Below are positions 37,956 through 43,969 of a stretch of 43,969 nucleotides of DNA, piece after piece. Origin of the DNA: Bacteroidia bacterium (lineage in GTDB: Bacteria > Bacteroidota > Bacteroidia > UBA10329); the NCBI GenBank assembly GCA_047611425.1, contig JBLFWJ010000003.1, positions 1 to 43,969 on the forward strand, in the 5' to 3' direction. The notes under the pieces are model-generated. The model was not told where the DNA came from. It saw nothing but the letters and a program-made list of their open reading frames with translations, and searched no databases. The stretch's first letter is position 1; every line of letters starts with the position of its first letter. Position numbers and translations under genes: made by a program.

Positions 37956-38106
37956 GAATGCGTGGTGAATGATGCGATCCGAAAGTATAAAATTGCAAGC
38001 CGTTCCTCGAAGTAAGAATTCAATCTACTCCATCAGGTTTTCAAGTGATCATTTTCACAACTTTTAATGCCGAATTCAGTTACTTCGCAAACTTAAATCC
38101 AGCATT

Positions 38107-39099
38107 ATGAGAATTGCGATAAACGGCTTTGGAAGAATTGGAAGGGTGACAATGAGAGCAATACTTCAGCGGGGAAATATTGAGGTAGTAGCCATCAATG
38201 ACCTTACGGACAACAACACGCTGCGACACCTTTTCAAGTACGATTCCGTTCATGGTGGATTCAAGGGCACGATTGAAAACGATGAAAATTCTTTGACATT
38301 TAATGGAAATCGGGTTGCGGTTTATGCGGAAAGAGATCCGGCCAAATTGCCTTGGAAAGAACTAGAGGTCGATCTGGTATTAGAGTGTACCGGCCTTTTC
38401 CGTTCAAGAGATACGGCAGGAAAGCACATCGAAGCAGGCGCAAAACGCGTGGTGATCAGCGCACCAGCAAAAGACAAAGACATTCCATCCGTAGTTCTTG
38501 GGGTGAACGATCATTTGGTGGATCTTACCGCACCGATCATTTCCAATGCGAGCTGCACCACCAACTGTGCTGGACCAATGGTAAAAGTGTTGGAGGATGC
38601 TTGCCATGTTGAGAGCATTTTCGTCTCAACCATTCACGCGTACACTGGTGATCAGAATATTCATGATGCTCCACACTCTGATTTACGTAGAGCGCGTGCT
38701 GCTGCTCAATCCATTATCCCAACTACAACCGGAGCTGCAAAAGCCTTGGGAAGAATATTCCCACACCTAGAAGGACACCTTGGTGGAGCTGGAATTAGAG
38801 TTCCAGTTTTAGATGGTTCGCTTACAGACCTTACTTGCATTGTTCGTTCTGACATTTCGGTGGATGAGGTAAACGCACTTTTCAAAGAGCAAGCTGCAGG
38901 CCCATTAAAGGGTATTTTGGAATACACCGAAGATCCGATCGTGTCGTGCGACATTATTGGAAATCCACACTCATGTGTATTTGATGCCGGATTGACCTCA
39001 GTTATCGGTAAGATGGTAAAGGTTGTTGGTTGGTACGATAACGAGGTTGGCTACTCCAATCGTTTGGCAGATTTGGTTGAGCGATTAGCGAAGCAGTAG
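38107..39099 (+). CDS. gap: Type I glyceraldehyde-3-phosphate dehydrogenase
   Basis: INGFGRIGR, ASCTTNC (catalytic Cys), RARAAA and WYDNE. Confidence 0.96.
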   Translation: MRIAINGFGRIGRVTMRAILQRGNIEVVAINDLTDNNTLRHLFKYDSVHGGFKGTIENDENSLTFNGNRVAVYAERDPAKLPWKELEVDLVLECTGLFRSRDTAGKHIEAGAKRVVISAPAKDKDIPSVVLGVNDHLVDLTAPIISNASCTTNCAGPMVKVLEDACHVESIFVSTIHAYTGDQNIHDAPHSDLRRARAAAQSIIPTTTGAAKALGRIFPHLEGHLGGAGIRVPVLDGSLTDLTCIVRSDISVDEVNALFKEQAAGPLKGILEYTEDPIVSCDIIGNPHSCVFDAGLTSVIGKMVKVVGWYDNEVGYSNRLADLVERLAKQ

Positions 39100-39130
39100 G
39101 CGCGATTCAAAATTTGGTTGAGCCTGCAAA

Positions 39131-39216
39131 GGTCCCCCTGAGCTTGTCGAAGGGCGACCGTAGGTTGAAAGCCTGCCTTTGGATCACAAGCCGTGTTTCG
39201 ACAAGCGCAACATGAC
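39131..39216. repeat. REP-like inverted repeat pair downstream of gap
   Basis: GTCCCCCTGAGCTTGTCGAAG (39132-39152) versus the reverse complement of TTTCGACAAGCGCAACATGAC (39196-39216): 15/21 identical, core GCTTGTCGAA. Resembles the CTGAGCTTGTCGAAG repeats I recall from Bacteroidota intergenic regions. Confidence 0.7.
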
Positions 39217-39456
39217 TCCGTGTCATAGTCATACATAGGGAATCGAAGAACCCAACACAACTCTATTGTTCTAAAACACCCCGATTCTGGTTCATTTCCT
39301 TCTTTGCAAGTCCCGCCAATGGCCTGTTTTTCTCTATAGTCTCCATAATCATCCTAAAAAACACTCTGTTAATGCCTTTAAAGGCATGTAATCTCAACTT
39401 ATGGTCATTATAGGCAGAAATCTCAATATAAAACAACCAGCTTGCGATTATTTTCG

Positions 39457-39464
39457 TATATTTG
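39457..39464 (+). promoter_or_regulatory. -7 promoter box (TATATTTG) for the cdo-decarboxylase operon
   Basis: TAnnTTTG consensus, about 80 nt upstream of the TTG at 39546. Confidence 0.55.
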
Positions 39465-39545
39465 TCGCCTAACATCGTTTAGTGGTTTTATCCATATATT
39501 ATAATTGGGTTTGGGCATTGAATTAAAAAAAGGCCATAAACCGTT

Positions 39546-40100
39546 TTGAGTTCAATCCAAGAGAAGCACAAACCATATCAATCTTTAGATGGGCTAGTCA
39601 CCGCCCTCTCTGACGAAGAGCCGTCCAAATACACCGACATAATCCGTTCAATAAACTTGCCCGTAAGCGCATTTGAGAACTGTTGCTCCTGGTCGGATAA
39701 GGGCTACACCCGAAACTGCATTCTTGATACCGACAAATTTGAATTGATCCTACTTTGCTGGGAAAAAGGTCAAGTCACCCCTATCCACGATCACGGAGGC
39801 GAAGAATGCTGGGTTCATATTATTCAAGGTAAATTTCGAGAGACGGTTTATAACGTGGATGATTTAGGTGAACTAAATGTGGTTAAGACGAACATTTCAA
39901 ACACAGGTGATGTCACGTACATGTCTGATTTTATGGGCTGTCACCGTTTAGAAAACTTGTCTGATACCAGAAGTTTGTCTTTACATCTTTATGCAAAGCC
40001 AATTCGCAATTGCAATGCATTTGATGAGGGGCTTGGGAAATTCGTCCGTAAAGATTTAACCTACAATACCGTCTTCGAGTTTGAAGATGAATTAACGTAA
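39546..40100 (+). CDS. cdo: Cysteine dioxygenase (cupin, Arg-type)
   Basis: YTRN, LLCW..GQ.TPIHDH, HRLEN and SLHLY (3-His iron site, Ser-His-Tyr triad). Confidence 0.88.
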   Translation: MSSIQEKHKPYQSLDGLVTALSDEEPSKYTDIIRSINLPVSAFENCCSWSDKGYTRNCILDTDKFELILLCWEKGQVTPIHDHGGEECWVHIIQGKFRETVYNVDDLGELNVVKTNISNTGDVTYMSDFMGCHRLENLSDTRSLSLHLYAKPIRNCNAFDEGLGKFVRKDLTYNTVFEFEDELT

Positions 40101-40110
40101 TTGCAACTGT

Positions 40111-41514
40111 ATGTCTGATATAAGTAGTGACCTGGCTCTATTCAACGAGCTGGCTGAAGTCTTACTCAATGAAGAAGAGACCCATCCGGTAGCCGATCGA
40201 ATAGACTCCAACAAACTTTACGATTCTATAGACCTCTCGCTTAATGCATCTCCGATGGTTGATAGCGAGTTTAAGACAGTACTGAAAGATGTACTTGTCT
40301 CAACTCCGAAAACAGCCACGAAGCTATTCTTCAACCAACTTTTTGGAGGCCGTCAAGGAAAAGCTGTCTTAGGTGATTTACTTGCCGTGATGCTTAACAA
40401 CAGTATGTATACATACAAAGTTGCAGGCCCTCAAGTGGGTATTGAGCAGGAGATTATTAGGCAATGTTGTAATCTGGTTGGATACGGTCCTCAAAGCAAT
40501 GGCACCTTCCCTACAGGTGGTTCCATGAGCAATTACATGGCCGTGATTATGGCTCGAGATGCAAAAGACCCTGAGTGCAGAACTGCCGGAATGACAAAGC
40601 CATTGGTCATTTACACTTCCAAGGAATCACATTACTCTAATGCGAAAAATGCAAGCTTCGCTGGAATTGGAAAAAACAACATTCGATATATACAGGCTGA
40701 TTCCAATGGGCGAATGATTCCAGAGAAATTGGAAGCACAAGTCATTAAGGACCTACAAGAAGGATTCATTCCTACTTATGTAAATGCCACTGCGGGCACA
40801 ACTGTTTTAGGGGCTTTCGACCAGATAGACAAGATTGCAGACATCACCGAAAAGTATAAGATATGGCTTCATGTAGATGGCGCCTATAGCGGAAGCGTGA
40901 TCTTCAGCGATAAGTACAAACACCTTGTAAAGGGAATAGAAAGATCTGATTCATTCAGCTTCAATGCCCACAAAATGCTTGGAACACCAATGACGTGCTC
41001 TACCATTTTAGTGAAGGATAAAAAGCAGCTTCATGATTCTTTCAGCAACGAAGCCGATTACCTGTATCAAACCGATGGTGACGATTTCAATTTAGGTAAG
41101 ACCTCTTTCCAGTGCGGAAGAAGGAATGACGCTTTGAAATTCTGGACGCTTTGGAAATCTGTTGGAACCAACGGCTTAAAGCAGATTGTAGATCAGCAAT
41201 TTGAATTAGCGGATGTGGCTCGTGAATACGTGATAAATAATCCAGACTATACAGTCTATAGTTTCGATGACTCCATCTCCATCTGCTTCAATTATAAGGA
41301 CGTTGATCCGATGGACCTTTGTACGGCATTGTATGAGAATCAAATAACGGTTGTCGGTTTTGGGTCCTTTAATGAAAACACGTTTGTTCGACTGGTTACC
41401 ATCAATGCGAATAATACAAAGCAGGACATCTTGAACTTCTTTGCAGTTCTAGAGGAATTTGCTGATAAGACCCCAAGCCTGAAAACGTTAGAGGAAGTCA
41501 GGTCTTCCCTTTAA
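40111..41514 (+). CDS. Group II PLP-dependent decarboxylase, cysteine-sulfinate decarboxylase-like
   Basis: FFNQLF, GGSMSN, SHYS, TAGTTVLGAFD, WLHVDGA, NAHK (PLP Lys) and QCGRR; F-x19-S-x-Y selectivity motif. Confidence 0.85.
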   Translation: MSDISSDLALFNELAEVLLNEEETHPVADRIDSNKLYDSIDLSLNASPMVDSEFKTVLKDVLVSTPKTATKLFFNQLFGGRQGKAVLGDLLAVMLNNSMYTYKVAGPQVGIEQEIIRQCCNLVGYGPQSNGTFPTGGSMSNYMAVIMARDAKDPECRTAGMTKPLVIYTSKESHYSNAKNASFAGIGKNNIRYIQADSNGRMIPEKLEAQVIKDLQEGFIPTYVNATAGTTVLGAFDQIDKIADITEKYKIWLHVDGAYSGSVIFSDKYKHLVKGIERSDSFSFNAHKMLGTPMTCSTILVKDKKQLHDSFSNEADYLYQTDGDDFNLGKTSFQCGRRNDALKFWTLWKSVGTNGLKQIVDQQFELADVAREYVINNPDYTVYSFDDSISICFNYKDVDPMDLCTALYENQITVVGFGSFNENTFVRLVTINANNTKQDILNFFAVLEEFADKTPSLKTLEEVRSSL

Positions 41515-41547
41515 ATCATGTGCTTCTTTAACGTAACTTCGTCTCCG

Positions 41548-41937
41548 ATGAAACTGAGGCAATCGTTAAGAAATATGTCATTGCTGCTTCTAGCGGCAGT
41601 TTTTTTCTTGGCGTCTGGTGTCGTTTCAATTCACGATCATGAACATTCCCATGACCATGCAGTTTCTCATTCGCAAGAGGATGAGGCTGATGCTTGTCAC
41701 AGATCCATTTATCACGGTGACCTGAATCTTGGCTGTGAGCATAAAAGCCATGTTCATGACTCTGACCTTGATTGTCAACTCTGTGATTTCATCAACAATC
41801 GATGCGATCAAGACTTGGTTCAAGCCGAATCGCTTTTGTCATTTTCGGGTAATAATGAGAACTCTTTCTCCCCGCTTCAATCACGCTCTTTTAATCAAGA
41901 TTACGAGCACGGGCAAAGAGGGCCCCCGCGAGTGTAG
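41548..41937 (+). CDS. His-rich DUF2946/CruR-like leader protein with CxxC and C-terminal RGPP
   Basis: Hydrophobic N-terminal segment; HDHEHSHDH, CH...H....CEH..H.H and CQLC; ends QRGPPRV*. TAACTTCG (41534-41541) supports the ATG at 41548. Confidence 0.75.
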   Translation: MKLRQSLRNMSLLLLAAVFFLASGVVSIHDHEHSHDHAVSHSQEDEADACHRSIYHGDLNLGCEHKSHVHDSDLDCQLCDFINNRCDQDLVQAESLLSFSGNNENSFSPLQSRSFNQDYEHGQRGPPRV

Positions 41938-42001
41938 TTGACTAGAATTATTTCCATTTTCTAATCTCGATGATCAGAGGTCATCGACTACACTTATTAT
42001 A

Positions 42002-42571
42002 ATGAACACACTTAATATTTTGAAGTGGGCTATGCCCGCAATGGTTGTTCTTGCATTTTCCTCATGCGAGAAAGAAGACCCAATTATCCCAAACGAGGAA
42101 GAATTAATCACCACTGTTCAACTCACCCTATCTCCCAGTGGATTAGGGCCTGACGTGGTATTCGAATTTCAAGACCTTGATGGAGATGGAGGTACTGAGC
42201 CAATTATTACTGTACCAACTTCATTAATTGCAAATCACACCTACACCGGATCTATAACGTTTCTAAGCGAGATTGAAACTCCGGCAGAGGACATAACAGC
42301 GGAGGTAAATGATGAAGCCGAAGACCATCAAGTGTTCTATCAGGTTTCTGGTGGATTGAACTCAACCTTGACCTACACAGATACCGATGCCAATGGAAAC
42401 CCAGTTGGTTTGGCTATTCACCTTGAAACGGGCGATGCATCAACCGGACAATTAACGATTACACTTAGACATGAACCAGATAAATCTGCATCAGGCGTTT
42501 CCGAAGGAGACATAGTCAACGCAGGTGGCGAAACTGACATTGAAGTGACCTTCGATGTTTCGATTCAGTAG
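42002..42571 (+). CDS. Acidic lipoprotein of the type often encoded next to Bacteroidota metal TBDRs
   Basis: Lipobox FSSC; NEEELITT, DLDGDGG, DITAEV..EAEDHQVFY, D.DANGNPVGL, LRHEPDK and GGETDIEVTF. Confidence 0.75.
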   Translation: MNTLNILKWAMPAMVVLAFSSCEKEDPIIPNEEELITTVQLTLSPSGLGPDVVFEFQDLDGDGGTEPIITVPTSLIANHTYTGSITFLSEIETPAEDITAEVNDEAEDHQVFYQVSGGLNSTLTYTDTDANGNPVGLAIHLETGDASTGQLTITLRHEPDKSASGVSEGDIVNAGGETDIEVTFDVSIQ

Positions 42572-43969
42572 GGAACTCCTTCTGAATTTACTAGTGCCTT
42601 TCTCACTGGTTGGCCAGCAATGCGATATTTCCATTACTGGCCAACTGGTGGATGAAAGCACTGGCATTCCTATGTCTTATGCAACGGTTTTTATTGAAGA
42701 ATTGCAGACCGGTGTTGCCTCTGATGAAAACGGTGAATTCACCTTAAGCAACCTCTGTCCAGGTGGTTATCACATCAAGTTCAACCATATCGGTTGCGAA
42801 ACAAATACACGTTTCATTCAGCTTGAAGCTGACACCACAATACTGATCACTATGCACCATCACAACGAGTTGGTGGATGAGGTTGTGGTTCATGATCATT
42901 CCTCGGAACATGAACAGGTCGTAAGCGCTACAATCCGTTCTTCCGAGATCTCGGAAATGTCAAACCGCGACCTGACCGACCTTCTCGATCAGGTAAGTGG
43001 TGTCAGTGGTTTAAAAAGCGGTGCCGGAATTTCAAAACCGGTTGTACATGGTATGTATGGCAATAGATTGGTTATTCTAAACAATGGCATTGCACAGGCT
43101 GGGCAGCAATGGGGGAATGATCATGCGCCAGAGATCGATCCTTTTGCGGCAGGTCACATTTCAGTTGTGAAAGGTGCAGGAGCCCTCGCCTACCCTGGCT
43201 CGGCATTAGGTGGAGCCGTGCTGATAGAACCCGACCCCATGCCAACCGACCCTCATATTCATGGTCTAGTCGGTTACATTTTTCAAACCAACGGATTGGG
43301 ACATACCCTTAACGTGCGTCTTGAGCAGAATGCCAAGTGGGCAAGTTGGAGGGTGAACGGTACAACAAAACTTATTGGGGATCGAAGCGCTCCCAACTAT
43401 TTGCTTACCAATACAGGCAAACGGGAGTACGACCTTTCTGCCCAATTGGAAAAACGGTTCTCATCCAAATGGAGTGGCAATCTGTATTACAGCCTATTCA
43501 ATACACGTATTGGTATTCTAAGAGGATCCCACATTGGGAACCTCACCGATCTTGAAAATGCCATTGGCAGAGATGAGCCTTTGTTTACACGAGACACATT
43601 CTCTTATCACATTCAAGCACCCATGCAAAATGTGATGCACCATTTGGCCAAGCTCGAATTCTCAGGGATACTTGATGAACACAATAGCATTAAACTGAAG
43701 TACGCTCTTCAATACAACGACCGTAAAGAATTCGATGTAAGACGTTCCGGACGTTCAGATATTCCCGCGTTAAGCCTTGGCCAGTCTGACCATTTTATCG
43801 AAGGACAGCATCTCTATCTATCAGATAATGACTTGACCCTGAGGTCAGGTATCCAACTGCGATTGATAGACAACACCAATAATCCTGAAACGGGCGTATT
43901 GCCTTTGATCCCCGATTATCGGTCGTACGAGGTTGGCGCTTATTTCATAGCTCAGAAGGAATGGAAACG
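42555..43969 (+). CDS. TonB-dependent receptor with N-terminal CarboxypepD_reg-like domain (3' truncated), probably for a metal
   Basis: Not in the ORF track (no stop in the window). ATG 42555 reads MFRFSRELLLNLLVPFSLVGQQC..ITGQLVDESTG.PM..ATV; MHHHNELVDEVVVHDH; plug SKPVVHGMYGNR...GQQWGNDHAPEID...VVKGA.ALAY...ALGG. Confidence 0.88.
   Translation, partial: MFRFSRELLLNLLVPFSLVGQQCDISITGQLVDESTGIPMSYATVFIEELQTGVASDENGEFTLSNLCPGGYHIKFNHIGCETNTRFIQLEADTTILITMHHHNELVDEVVVHDHSSEHEQVVSATIRSSEISEMSNRDLTDLLDQVSGVSGLKSGAGISKPVVHGMYGNRLVILNNGIAQAGQQWGNDHAPEIDPFAAGHISVVKGAGALAYPGSALGGAVLIEPDPMPTDPHIHGLVGYIFQTNGLGHTLNVRLEQNAKWASWRVNGTTKLIGDRSAPNYLLTNTGKREYDLSAQLEKRFSSKWSGNLYYSLFNTRIGILRGSHIGNLTDLENAIGRDEPLFTRDTFSYHIQAPMQNVMHHLAKLEFSGILDEHNSIKLKYALQYNDRKEFDVRRSGRSDIPALSLGQSDHFIEGQHLYLSDNDLTLRSGIQLRLIDNTNNPETGVLPLIPDYRSYEVGAYFIAQKEWK

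Noticed and set aside
39051-39475. Two minus-strand ORFs of about 70 aa between gap and cdo
   Set aside because: No recognisable motifs; the first is a translation of the REP-like repeat (LRQAQGD) and overlaps gap.
29027-41514. A unified sulfur-metabolism island (sulfatase plus cdo/csad)
   Set aside because: The genes are about 9 kb apart, separated by unrelated genes on both strands, with no shared motif seen.
43337-43555. 72-aa plus-strand ORF
   Set aside because: It lies out of frame inside the TonB-dependent receptor gene.

Overview
A 44-kb chromosomal window from a Bacteroidota genome, most likely a Flavobacteriales-type organism. This is inferred from TAnnTTTG -7 promoter boxes and PorE/OmpA-PD40, DUF2807, AsmA and CarboxypepD-TBDR genes. 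I found no rRNA, tRNA, CRISPR array or transposase. The housekeeping backbone is wbqC-like, an MCC-type carboxyltransferase, wza-wzc-rmlC-wecA-like, a lytic transglycosylase, uvrA, LOG, lon, glmU-like, a DAACS transporter and gap. Four things stand out. (1) 12266-21609 holds five paralogous outer-membrane beta-barrel genes, one of them a pseudogene. Four end in a conserved EF-hand/dockerin-like module and the fifth carries SPOR-like domains instead. In the middle sits a secreted cohesin-like/linker/SPOR protein, suggesting an undescribed periplasmic cohesin-dockerin tether between outer membrane and peptidoglycan. (2) 41548-end holds a His-rich CxxC leader peptide ending in RGPP, with mutually exclusive hairpins over the next gene's initiation region, upstream of a lipoprotein and a TonB-dependent receptor. 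This looks like a metal-responsive ribosome-arrest switch. (3) A eukaryote-like cysteine dioxygenase is paired with a decarboxylase carrying the CSAD motif (hypotaurine/taurine synthesis). (4) An AGMO-like desaturase is paired with a YhhN lysoplasmalogenase (ether-lipid catabolism). All family assignments come from reading motifs by eye; no database searches were run.
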